A stretch of DNA of 36,699 nucleotides from Candidatus Pacearchaeota archaeon CG10_big_fil_rev_8_21_14_0_10_30_48 (GCA_002763155.1 PFCU01000048.1:1-36699), one strand, 5' to 3'; counted from the stretch's first letter, positions 25,317 to 33,850 are shown. Program-made: numbers and translations. The notes: generated by a model from the letters alone, not told the origin.

Positions 25317-26210
25317 ATGGTAAACGAAGTAGGTATGATCGGCATTGGGCGAATGGGTTTTGGAATGTCGCAGAGATTATTAAAAAATAAAATTCGTGTT
25401 GTAGGTTATGATCGTTCAAAAGAAAATGTTGATGAAATAAAAAAGAAAGGGGCTGTCCCTGCTTATTCTATTGAAGAGTTAGTCTCAGAATTAAAATCAA
25501 AGAAAAAAGTTGTTTGGTTAATGTTGCCTGCTGGAAAAATAACTACAGATACGATAAAAAAAGTTCTTCCATTATTGAATTCCGGAGACATTATTGTCGA
25601 TGGGGCGAACGATTTTTATAAAAATGCGGAGAAAAACGCGAAGTTATGTAAATCTTATAAAATTAATTTTTTTGATTGTGGAGTTTCTGGAGGAATTCAT
25701 GGTTTGGAAAAGGGTTACCCTTTAATGATTGGTGGAAGTAAAAAAGAGTTTAAACATATTGAACCTTTATGTAAGGCTTTAGCACCTTCAAAGGGTTACG
25801 GCTATTTTGGGGTTGTAGGAAGTGGTTTTTATGTTAAATCAATTCATAATATTATCGAGTATGTTTATTTACAGGGAATTGCCGAGGGAATTGAACTCTT
25901 GGATAAGAAGAAGATTGATTTAGTTAAAGCGACAGAGGTTTGGCAAGAGGCATCTGTGATTAAATCTTGGTTAATTGATTTGACAAATAAAGCTTTGAAA
26001 AGGAAAGATTTTAAGGATATTGAACCTAATATTATGAGTGTGACTATTAAAGAACTTCAAGATACAAAGAAATCGGTGAAAGGTTACTCTCCTGCGTTTG
26101 ATGTTGCAGTTAAGATTAGAAAAGACAAAAGTAATAAATTTGTGTTGGGTAAAAAAACAATTGCTGCGGTTAGAAATGAATTTGGAGGACATAAAGTGAT
26201 GAAAAAATGA
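25317..26210 (+). CDS. gnd: 6-phosphogluconate dehydrogenase, decarboxylating, short (~300 aa, YqeC/Gnd-like) form
   Basis: MIGIGRMGFGMSQRL (NAD(P) GxGxxG), DGANDFY, FDCGVSGGIHGLEKGYPLMIGG, SIHNIIEY. Confidence 0.8.
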   Translation: MVNEVGMIGIGRMGFGMSQRLLKNKIRVVGYDRSKENVDEIKKKGAVPAYSIEELVSELKSKKKVVWLMLPAGKITTDTIKKVLPLLNSGDIIVDGANDFYKNAEKNAKLCKSYKINFFDCGVSGGIHGLEKGYPLMIGGSKKEFKHIEPLCKALAPSKGYGYFGVVGSGFYVKSIHNIIEYVYLQGIAEGIELLDKKKIDLVKATEVWQEASVIKSWLIDLTNKALKRKDFKDIEPNIMSVTIKELQDTKKSVKGYSPAFDVAVKIRKDKSNKFVLGKKTIAAVRNEFGGHKVMKK

Positions 26211-26668
26211 AAATATTAATTGCAAGCGACCACGCAGGATTTGAATTAAAGAAAAAAATAAGAGACTTTTTTAATAAGAATAAAATTATTTACGAAGACC
26301 TTGGGACTTTTGGTGAAGATAAAGAAGATGATTATCCTGATTACGCGTTTAAAGTTGCGGAGAGAGTTGCAAAAGAAAAAAATTCCAGAGGTGTTTTAAT
26401 TTGTGGTTCTGGAACTGGAATGGTTATAGCCGCGAATAAAGTTGTCGGAATTCGGGCGGCTTTAGCTTATGATTCTTATTCTGCAAAAATGGCTGCGCAA
26501 GATAATAATGTGAATGTTTTATGTTTGAGGGGAAGATTTTTTGCTCCTGAAAATGCAAAAAAAATTATTTCTACTTGGATAAAAACTTCATTTTCAAATG
26601 AAATTAGACATAAAAGAAGAATCAAAAAAATAAGTGATTATGAGAAAAATCACAGTGTTTCTAGATAA
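26207..26668 (+). CDS. rpiB: ribose-5-phosphate isomerase B
   Basis: MKILIASDHAGFELK, DYPDYA, GVLICGSGTGMVIAANKVVGIRAAL, NVLCLRGR. ATGA overlap with gnd. Confidence 0.9.
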   Translation: MKILIASDHAGFELKKKIRDFFNKNKIIYEDLGTFGEDKEDDYPDYAFKVAERVAKEKNSRGVLICGSGTGMVIAANKVVGIRAALAYDSYSAKMAAQDNNVNVLCLRGRFFAPENAKKIISTWIKTSFSNEIRHKRRIKKISDYEKNHSVSR

Positions 26669-27042
26669 GACAAACTCTTTTTCATTTCAGGAAGATGTGG
26701 AGAATTTGGAAGATGTTTTTCTAAATAAGATATTAAACATTGAAATACTTCAGTTCTGAAAGGAATATATTCTTTTAATTGTTCTTCATTCAACGATTTC
26801 AATTCTACTTTTAACGCTTTTAAGCATTTATCATTTTCTTCTTGTAATAATTCAAACTCTGTTAATTTATGTAAAATCATCGGATGCATATAATCTCTAG
26901 GAACTTCATCTGAAATAAAAGGAATTCCTTGACGATATGAAATAAAATATCTTGGAGCTGGTTGATCGATATTTCTATCAACAACATCATATTCTCTTTC
27001 TTCTTCTTGGAATTTAATTATTCTTGTTTCTAAAGTTTTCAT
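26650..27042 (-). CDS. hypothetical protein (130 aa)
   Basis: ORF convergent with rpiB (19-nt 3' overlap). No domain recognised. The start region is duplicated (see finding at 27041-27060). Confidence 0.4.
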   Translation of the reverse strand: MKTLETRIIKFQEEEREYDVVDRNIDQPAPRYFISYRQGIPFISDEVPRDYMHPMILHKLTEFELLQEENDKCLKALKVELKSLNEEQLKEYIPFRTEVFQCLISYLEKHLPNSPHLPEMKKSLSYLETL

Positions 27043-27119
27043 AAATTTTCATAAATTTTCTTCTTTTTAAATGTTTAGAAAAAGAAAAAAGTTAAATAAT
27101 CAAGAATCTGTTTAATTAA

Positions 27120-27773
27120 ATGGTAATTAAAATAATTCCTACAATTTTGGCGACATCAAAAAAGCAATTTGATAAACGTTTTGAGAAATTAAGAGATTTT
27201 GCTAAGGAAATTCAAATTGATTTTATGGACGGCCATTTTGTTGATAAGAAGTCAATAAAGTTGAGTGTTGTTCCGACTTTGAAAAATTACGATATAAAAT
27301 TTGAAGCACATATAATGGTGAGAGATCCTAAGAAATGGGTTAAGAGATTAAAGAATAGGGGTTTTTCAAAAGTTATTTTTCATTGGTCTGCAATAAGAGA
27401 TGAAGATGAAGTGAGAAAAGTGATTAATGAAATTCATAAATTAGATATGGAAGCGTTTGTTGCGATTAATCCAGAAGTTAGAGAAGATGAAGTTATTCCG
27501 ATAATGCATGATGCCGACGGGATTTTGATAATGGGTGTGCGTCCGGGTAAAGAAAAACAGGATTTATTATATAAGACTTATTACAAACTTGAAAATCTTA
27601 GAGCGATAAATAAGAAATTAGTTTTACAAGTTGATGGGGGAGTTAATTTAGTTACAGCGAGGGATTTGGTTAAATCGGGGGCAAATATTCTTAATTCTGG
27701 AAGTCTTATTTCAAAAAGTAAGAATCCTGAAGAAAAATATAATGAACTTTTAGATGTTGTTAATGGGCAATAA
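27120..27773 (+). CDS. rpe: ribulose-phosphate 3-epimerase (divergent)
   Basis: IIPTILA, IDFMDGHFV, EAHIMV, VAINPE, IMGVRPG, QVDGGV, SGSLIS follow the Rpe beta-barrel motif order. Confidence 0.7.
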   Translation: MVIKIIPTILATSKKQFDKRFEKLRDFAKEIQIDFMDGHFVDKKSIKLSVVPTLKNYDIKFEAHIMVRDPKKWVKRLKNRGFSKVIFHWSAIRDEDEVRKVINEIHKLDMEAFVAINPEVREDEVIPIMHDADGILIMGVRPGKEKQDLLYKTYYKLENLRAINKKLVLQVDGGVNLVTARDLVKSGANILNSGSLISKSKNPEEKYNELLDVVNGQ

Positions 27774-27785
27774 ACACTCTAAATT

Positions 27786-27800
27786 TTTATAAATAACAAA
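27786..27800 (+). promoter_or_regulatory. TATA-like promoter element TTTATAAATAACAAA
   Basis: The TATA 10-mer (27786-27795) ends 19 nt upstream of ATG 27815. An identical 15-mer occurs at 30671-30685. Confidence 0.4.
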
Positions 27801-27814
27801 TTCATTAAATTGAT

Positions 27815-28153
27815 ATGCTTGGATTGTTCAGAAATCGAGAATGGAAAAATACAAGAGATTTTTTAAGAAGTTATGATTATATAGTTGATTCTACTGGAAC
27901 TATTTTAGACAGAGAATATTCTAAAAAAGAAATAGCTCGCATTAAAAATGAAACTGGAGAAGTATTAATGACTTATGATTCTCATGATATTCCTAGCATT
28001 ATTTTTGCTCAAAAATTGAAAGAAAGTTTAAAATTAAATGGGAGAAATTATCAAGAAAATGAGGGGAAAATAATGAGTTCTATTAACACATTAAAAAGAG
28101 GAGCGGATAAATTTATTGATTTAGCTTCTAAACTAGAGAAGAAGTTGGGTTAG
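27815..28153 (+). CDS. hypothetical protein (112 aa)
   Basis: ORF with a TATA-like element upstream. No domain recognised. Confidence 0.45.
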   Translation: MLGLFRNREWKNTRDFLRSYDYIVDSTGTILDREYSKKEIARIKNETGEVLMTYDSHDIPSIIFAQKLKESLKLNGRNYQENEGKIMSSINTLKRGADKFIDLASKLEKKLG

Positions 28154-28827
28154 AAAGGAATGTCAGTCAATATGTAACTCTTTGAAATTTTATTAACTAG
28201 TTTTGTAGGGCATTGATTTGTTAAGAGATTTTTCCTTTTGAAATTTTTGAAGGCTTTTTGTTTTCCTTCTCCAAAAAATAGTAATAAAGCAACTTGTGAT
28301 TTTTCTAATAGTTTTCTTGAAGCAGACATTCTTTTTTTAGGAGGTTTTGGAGAGTTGTCAAAGACAATAAAATTCTCCTCTTTATTTTTTATTGTTAAAT
28401 TCGGGAAAAGGCCGGCGACATGACTATCTTCTCCCGAGCTTAAAAGAATTATATTGAATTTCCCCCCATACTCTTTTAGTTCACTTTTGTAATTTTCAAT
28501 TGGTTTTGTGTAGTCATAAGGGTGAATATTTCTAGGATTTATTTTTTTTGTTTTTAGTAAATATTCAAATAAAGAATCATTTGCTAGTTTGAAATTACTT
28601 TTATTGTTTTTTATTGGAACTCTGCGTTCATCTATCATAAAGAAATGAATTTTGTTCCAAGAAATTTGTTTGTTCCTTAGGTTTTTTAGTATTGCTGAAA
28701 CACTTGTGCCTCCGACAATACCTAAGACAAGAAATGGTTGTTTGTTTAGCAAGATGGTGATTTCTTTTTCTATGATTTCAGATGCTTGTTTTTCTAGGTT
28801 TTGACGAGGAGCAGTTATTATTTTCAT
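28150..28827 (-). CDS. pgl: 6-phosphogluconolactonase
   Basis: LGIVGGTS, FFMIDERRVP, SSGEDSHVAGLFP (G-x-DGH-x-AS-x-FP type motif), NSPKPP..R.S. Same superfamily as NagB but with the lactonase motif set. Confidence 0.8.
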   Translation of the reverse strand: MKIITAPRQNLEKQASEIIEKEITILLNKQPFLVLGIVGGTSVSAILKNLRNKQISWNKIHFFMIDERRVPIKNNKSNFKLANDSLFEYLLKTKKINPRNIHPYDYTKPIENYKSELKEYGGKFNIILLSSGEDSHVAGLFPNLTIKNKEENFIVFDNSPKPPKKRMSASRKLLEKSQVALLLFFGEGKQKAFKNFKRKNLLTNQCPTKLVNKISKSYILTDIPF

Positions 28828-29072
28828 TTCAACCTAACCTTCAATTTATTTAACCTATTTCTATACTCTTCGATAATTCTTTCATTTAAATCTAAAACAT
28901 CTAATTTTCTTTCAAGAGCAAAAATTAAACTTTTATCAAGTTCTTTAAAATGATATCTTCCCATTTCTAAATTCCCTTCTTCAATATCTTTTTCAAGTTT
29001 TAAAAAATGCTTTTCTATTTCTTCTTTTAAACTTTCAATTCCCTTTTCTAATCTTTTAATTCTTTTAGCCAT
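28824..29072 (-). CDS. hypothetical coiled-coil protein (82 aa)
   Basis: Heptad-like, K/E-rich. The start lies 25 nt inside the upstream NTase gene, and the stop TGA overlaps the pgl ATG (ATGA at 28824-28827). Confidence 0.4.
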   Translation of the reverse strand: MAKRIKRLEKGIESLKEEIEKHFLKLEKDIEEGNLEMGRYHFKELDKSLIFALERKLDVLDLNERIIEEYRNRLNKLKVRLK

Positions 29073-29797
29073 TTTTTTGAAAGCTCGATTAGTTTACAAG
29101 CTTCACTATAAGATAAATCATTTATTTCCTTTCTTTCTCTCTTAACTCTTGAATAAGCAAAATAAGCGTTTTCTCCAATATATTTCAAAAGTTCTTTTTT
29201 TGAAGGAGTTTTATTTCTTAGTAAACATTTAGCGTAATAAATTTCTCTAAGTCTAAGAATAATTGAGTAAATTGTCGCATCTGGCACATTTTTATTTGTA
29301 ATTTTCAAATCTTCTAAAACACTTTCGTTAATTTTTATAACACCTTTAACTTCATCAATAAATTTTTTTAAATTTAGATTAATCTTAGTTTCTCTATATT
29401 TTTCAATAAGTTCTGAATTTAAGATAACTATCGCTTCTCTAAGAGTGGATAATCTATAAATGTTAGACTCTAAATTCCTAGAAAAGTTGTCCTCGGAGAT
29501 CATGTTAATTTCGTAACCCAAATAATCAATTAATTTATTGGTCTTTTTAGTTAAAATTAGGATATCTACATCGCTATCGCTAGATTCTTCATCTCTTGCA
29601 TAACTGCCGATTAAATAAATTCCCTTGACTTCGTTTAGAAGATTTTTTTCCACTAGAAAATTAATTATCTCTTTTGTTATATTTTCAATATTTTTTTCTT
29701 CTAAGGTTACAACTACTCTTTTATTTAGCCATGATCTAGGTAAAAGAACACCTGCAGAAGTACCTACAGCTCTTGTTTTTTTAGTTATAGTTTCCAT
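29048..29797 (-). CDS. three-part protein: AbrB/SpoVT-like N-terminus + minimal (Pol-beta type) nucleotidyltransferase + helical C-terminal domain
   Basis: TRAVGTSAGVLLPRSWLNKRVVVTLEE (swapped-hairpin AbrB/MazE-like pattern). GIYLIGSYARDEESSDSDVDILILT (G-S-x9-D-x-D NTase motif). About 140 aa of helical tail without an obvious R-x4-6-H HEPN motif. Confidence 0.65.
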   Translation of the reverse strand: METITKKTRAVGTSAGVLLPRSWLNKRVVVTLEEKNIENITKEIINFLVEKNLLNEVKGIYLIGSYARDEESSDSDVDILILTKKTNKLIDYLGYEINMISEDNFSRNLESNIYRLSTLREAIVILNSELIEKYRETKINLNLKKFIDEVKGVIKINESVLEDLKITNKNVPDATIYSIILRLREIYYAKCLLRNKTPSKKELLKYIGENAYFAYSRVKRERKEINDLSYSEACKLIELSKKWLKELKD

Positions 29798-29800
29798 ACA

Positions 29801-29820
29801 TTATAATGTATTATAATGTT
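29801..29820. repeat. 10-bp tandem direct repeat (TTATAATGTA x2; minus strand ACATTATAAT x2) just upstream of the NTase ATG
   Basis: Read directly: 29801-29810 TTATAATGTA, then 29811-29820 TTATAATGTT. The repeat begins 3 nt upstream of ATG 29797-29795 on the minus strand. Confidence 0.5.
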
Positions 29821-29831
29821 TTTAAAGTTTT

Positions 29832-30488
29832 TCATTCCCTTTCCTTATCAATAACACACTGGATTGCTCCGAGAAAATCTTTTGCGATGAAAACTTGCTT
29901 AGGATATTTGTTTTTCAAATCTTTTACTTTCTCTAATTCTTCTAAATTCTTTTCGAAAGGCACTAAAATCCCGACACCTTTTGCATTTAATGCAGTCAAT
30001 ATATCACTTTCTCTATCTCCAATAACATAAATATAGGTGTTTTTCTTGTCGAGTTTTTTCTTTGCTAAAGCGTCTTCAATCATTCCAATATTTGGTTTGA
30101 AACAATTACATTCTTTTTGAACATATTTCTTATCAAAATTGTATTCTGGATGTTTTTTTACATAGTCTAAACTTACATGAGGACAAATTATACAACCATC
30201 AAAAAACGCCCCTTTTCGTTTGAATATTAATGCAACCTCCTTACAAACATCATTTGCCCTCTTTAACGTAAGGCGTTTAAAATCTTGAATTGCTACTCCT
30301 GGTTGATTTGAAAGAATAAATCTGCAAATGCAATTTGGAAATGTTTTATCTAAGAGTTTCATTCCTTCGACGATCTTTGGAAGAATTTTCACTTTTGATT
30401 TCCAATAGTTGTCCTTACCTAAAAAATAATGGTCATCATAAATCAAAGTTCCATCTCTATCAACACATAAAAGAATATTATGTTCCAT
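29832..30488 (-). CDS. HAD-IIIA phosphatase, GmhB (D,D-heptose 1,7-bisphosphate phosphatase)/HisB-N-like
   Basis: LLCVDRDGTLI (DxDGT), LSNQPGVA, CPH...CNCFKPN (zinc-site Cys/His + K), VIGDRESDILTA. Confidence 0.7.
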   Translation of the reverse strand: MEHNILLCVDRDGTLIYDDHYFLGKDNYWKSKVKILPKIVEGMKLLDKTFPNCICRFILSNQPGVAIQDFKRLTLKRANDVCKEVALIFKRKGAFFDGCIICPHVSLDYVKKHPEYNFDKKYVQKECNCFKPNIGMIEDALAKKKLDKKNTYIYVIGDRESDILTALNAKGVGILVPFEKNLEELEKVKDLKNKYPKQVFIAKDFLGAIQCVIDKERE

Positions 30489-30670
30489 AAATTATTAGAG
30501 AATTAAGGTTTTTAAAATTGTGGTTGGGTGACCTGTAAAAGATTTTCATTTAAATTCCAATTAAGTATAGTGAGGAAAAAGCCCGAAAATGTAACATTTC
30601 GACGAATACTACGAGAAGAGTTGCGATACGGTATTTAGTTGTATCTTATAAGTGGTAACAGATAGAAAAG

Positions 30671-30685
30671 TTTATAAATAACAAA
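30671..30685 (+). promoter_or_regulatory. TATA-like promoter element TTTATAAATAACAAA preceded by GAAAAG
   Basis: The TATA 10-mer (30671-30680) ends 40 nt upstream of ATG 30721. The 15-mer is identical to 27786-27800. Confidence 0.4.
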
Positions 30686-30720
30686 AGCATTAAATAATTA
30701 TAAAATAAGGTAAAAAGAAA

Positions 30721-31296
30721 ATGACAAACGAACAACGAACACAAAAAATAGAAACTATTATTGGGACAATTGGATTTGCCAATGAAGATGAGTTATCTCT
30801 TCCATATGCTCCAGAAAGTTTCAAAAGATATGAGTTTGATCAAGAATTTAAGGGTAAATTCCTTTATATTCCAACTTCTGAGAGGGAAATTTTTATAGCA
30901 CTAGACGGGAGAATTCAAGGAGAATCTGGCTACGAAATAAGTTTAGAAGCAAGAAAAATTCAACATGAAAGAATAAAAGAATTTCTTACTCATCTGCATT
31001 CAGAAACAGAACAATTAATGCCTTCTGCAGGAGGATACTGTACAATAATCCCTGAAAAAAACTTCTTGGCCTTCTTTGGAACAACAATAAGATATCAAAA
31101 AGGAATTGATGAAATGAAAGATGGACTTGTTGCTAGAGAAATAAATCAAGAATCTGGTGGACTAATACACCGAGTTTTACCTTTGAAAGGTCAAATGGAA
31201 TTAGCAAAAGAAATACAAGAAATATCCCTTGATGAAAATGGAGAACCTTATGTTAAACTTGATTTCTCTGGAAGTGTTAGGAGATTAAAATGTTAA
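30721..31296 (+). CDS. hypothetical protein (191 aa)
   Basis: ORF behind a 232-nt non-coding region. No domain recognised. Confidence 0.5.
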   Translation: MTNEQRTQKIETIIGTIGFANEDELSLPYAPESFKRYEFDQEFKGKFLYIPTSEREIFIALDGRIQGESGYEISLEARKIQHERIKEFLTHLHSETEQLMPSAGGYCTIIPEKNFLAFFGTTIRYQKGIDEMKDGLVAREINQESGGLIHRVLPLKGQMELAKEIQEISLDENGEPYVKLDFSGSVRRLKC

Positions 31297-31366
31297 ATCA
31301 TATTAAATACAAAAGAGTGCCAGCAGAGGGCAGAAAACTACTGCAAATGCAAGGAGGTATGAAAAA

Positions 31367-31855
31367 ATGACAATAAATAAAATACTGTATGTAGATGATA
31401 GTTTTGAAAATGGAATGACTGCCATGACTACAGACCCTAGAATTGATTTTGCTTCAGGTATTCAATTAATAGAAAGACCGCTTCAAGATTATGATTGTAT
31501 AATCACAGATATGCAAATGGAACATGCAGAAAGTGGAATGGAATTAGTTGAAAGAGCATTAAGGGAAGGAAAATTACCTTATGTTGCTACTGGTGGAACT
31601 TATGAACATGGAGGAACTTTTAATAGAGTCAAACTATTCGATTCTGTAGACGTCAAAATATTTGATAAGATGACTAAAACAGACGATAGATTTTGGAGAG
31701 AAGCTCTTGCCTATATAGATCAAAAAGATGGTCAAGTAACACAGATGGCTTTAAGAAAAATAAAAGAAACCTTAGGACTTATTCCAGAAAATCAAATTGA
31801 AATGTTAATGGATTTTTATAGGGCTAATTATAACTTAAAAGAAGAAATAAAATAA
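31367..31855 (+). CDS. hypothetical protein with receiver (CheY-like)-resembling N-terminal half
   Basis: KILYVDDSFENG ... YDCIITDMQMEHAESGMELVERAL ... YVATGG mimics the REC acidic pair, phospho-acceptor Asp and T/S positions. AAGGAGGT lies about 9 nt upstream of the ATG. This is a weak, by-eye call. Confidence 0.4.
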   Translation: MTINKILYVDDSFENGMTAMTTDPRIDFASGIQLIERPLQDYDCIITDMQMEHAESGMELVERALREGKLPYVATGGTYEHGGTFNRVKLFDSVDVKIFDKMTKTDDRFWREALAYIDQKDGQVTQMALRKIKETLGLIPENQIEMLMDFYRANYNLKEEIK

Positions 31856-31864
31856 ATAGTTTAT

Positions 31865-31896
31865 GGCTCCATTTGGAGTCTTTTTTTCTTTTTTTC
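31865..31896 (+). terminator. stem-loop GGCTCC-ATTT-GGAGTC followed by T7-C-T7
   Basis: Begins 10 nt after the stop at 31855. The stem is 6 bp including one G-U pair, followed by TTTTTTTCTTTTTTT. Confidence 0.45.
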
Positions 31897-31954
31897 TATC
31901 TATTTTTAGTATGAATGAACTTTTGATTTTTCAATATAATTCTTAGTTAAGATT

Positions 31955-33775
31955 TCAAATCCCCTCAACACCCTTTACAATCGCGCTAGAATCTATTTTG
32001 TATTTTTTTAGTAACTCCTCTTTTGTTCCAGAATGTGGAATTTCTGATACATAAAGGTGTTTTATTTTTATATTTGTATTTTCCAATTCTTCTGCAAGCA
32101 TTTCTCCGATTCCACCTTCTTGATAATGGTCTTCACTAATTACAATTTTATTTCCGTGTTTTTTTATAAAATCAATTAATTTTTTTGAATTGAAAGGTTT
32201 TATACAATACAAATCCACGACAGCAACATTGAAATTTTTTTTCATTAGATTTTTATGAGCTTCAAGAGATTCATGTAAGGTAATTCCTGCACCAATAATT
32301 ACTCCTTTGTCTTTCTTTGATTCTTTTAATATTTTAAAATCTCCAATAGGAAATTTTTCATTGTTAGCATAAATCACTTGTGTTTTCGGACGAGTTGTTC
32401 TGATGTAAGTTATTCCTTTATTTTTAGAAGCAAGTTTTGTTAATTCTTTTGTTGAAACAGCATCGCTTGGATAAAAGATTGTAGAGTTGGGTAAACTTCT
32501 AAACATTGAAATATCTTCTAAACCCATTTGAGATGCTCCATCTTCACCTATTGAAACACCTGCATGAGAACCACAAATAGTGAAATCTGCCGACGATAAT
32601 GAAGCCATACGAATTTGGTCATGAGCTCGTGTTAAAAATGTTGCAAAAGTTGAAGCAAATGGTTTGAATCCCTTAACACTTAAACCTAATGCAATTCCAA
32701 TTAAATTTTGCTCTGCAATGAATGTTTCAATGAACTGGCGAGGAGTTCTTTTTTTTACTTCTTCACTTCGAGTAGAATTTGAAACTTCAGCGTCTATTGC
32801 AATTATCTTATTATTTAAAATTGCTAAATTTGCTAAGGTTTCTCCATACGCTTCACGAGTTGCAATTTCTTTTCCAAAAGAATAATTCAAAGGTTTTGAA
32901 GATAAGTATTTTATTTTTATTTCATTCATTTTTATTGGTTTTTTTATTTTTATCTTCGGCATTGAAACATGAGGTAATTCATCTAAAGCTTGATGTAAAT
33001 GTCGATTATCCATAACGCGTCCATGCCAGTTTTCTTTATTTTCTAAAAATGAAACTCCTTTTCCCTTGAAAGTTTTTGCAATTATGCAAGTTGGCTTTTG
33101 CGATTTTTTTGAGTTTAATAATGCTTTAATGAGTTGATTAATATTGTGGCCGTCAACAACTAAAGTATTCCATCCAAAACTTTGTATTCTTTTTTTATAT
33201 GTTTTAACGTCGTGGCCTAACATTGTTTGTCCTCTTTGTCCTAAACGATTTGCGTCGATAATTGCACAGAGGTTGTTTAATTTGTAATGAGATGCTAATT
33301 GAAACGCTTCCCAAACACTTCCTTCAGATGTTTCAGAATCTCCCATTAAGACAAATATTCTAAATTTACGCCCTTGTAATTTTGATGCAAAAGCCATTCC
33401 GATTCCGACTGAAAGTCCTTGACCTAAAGAACCAGTTGCAACTTTTATTTGAGAAAGTGATTTTGGCATTGGGTGTCCTTCTAAAGGAGAGTTTAATTTT
33501 CTTAAGTTATTTAGATTATGTTTTATTGCGCCAGAACGATAAAGAGCAGAGTAAAGAATTGGCGATGCGTGACCCTTAGATAAAATAAATTCGTCGTTAT
33601 CTGGGTTTTTTGAATCTTTAATGTCCCAAACCATTTCATGAAAAAATAAACAAGAAAGAATTTCAGCACAAGAAAAACAAGATGTTAAATGGCCACTTCC
33701 AGAATTAGTTGTCATGATTGCTACATCTCTTCGAAGAACATTTGCTATGTCTGAAAGTTGTTTTTTAGTTACCAT
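31955..33775 (-). CDS. tkt: transketolase (single-chain, 606 aa)
   Basis: SGHLTSCFSCAEILS, SKGHASP, GSLGQGLSVGIGMA, GDSETSEGSVWEA (ThDP/Mg site), EQNLIGIA, FLTRAHDQIR. Confidence 0.95.
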   Translation of the reverse strand: MVTKKQLSDIANVLRRDVAIMTTNSGSGHLTSCFSCAEILSCLFFHEMVWDIKDSKNPDNDEFILSKGHASPILYSALYRSGAIKHNLNNLRKLNSPLEGHPMPKSLSQIKVATGSLGQGLSVGIGMAFASKLQGRKFRIFVLMGDSETSEGSVWEAFQLASHYKLNNLCAIIDANRLGQRGQTMLGHDVKTYKKRIQSFGWNTLVVDGHNINQLIKALLNSKKSQKPTCIIAKTFKGKGVSFLENKENWHGRVMDNRHLHQALDELPHVSMPKIKIKKPIKMNEIKIKYLSSKPLNYSFGKEIATREAYGETLANLAILNNKIIAIDAEVSNSTRSEEVKKRTPRQFIETFIAEQNLIGIALGLSVKGFKPFASTFATFLTRAHDQIRMASLSSADFTICGSHAGVSIGEDGASQMGLEDISMFRSLPNSTIFYPSDAVSTKELTKLASKNKGITYIRTTRPKTQVIYANNEKFPIGDFKILKESKKDKGVIIGAGITLHESLEAHKNLMKKNFNVAVVDLYCIKPFNSKKLIDFIKKHGNKIVISEDHYQEGGIGEMLAEELENTNIKIKHLYVSEIPHSGTKEELLKKYKIDSSAIVKGVEGI

Positions 33776-33850
33776 CTCTAATAAGGAATCTTAAGGAATA
33801 TAAAAAGTTATTGATTAAGTTTTTATATTAAGATTGGTTAAAATAAGGAT

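Noticed and set aside
30489-30720. Possible small ncRNA or riboswitch in the 232-nt gap (slightly GC-richer at 30520-30660)
   Set aside because: Only short (5-bp) local stems are found by eye (for example CGAAA...TTTCG at 30584-30601), and no known riboswitch or RNA-family consensus is recognised. It is kept only as context for the cassette finding.
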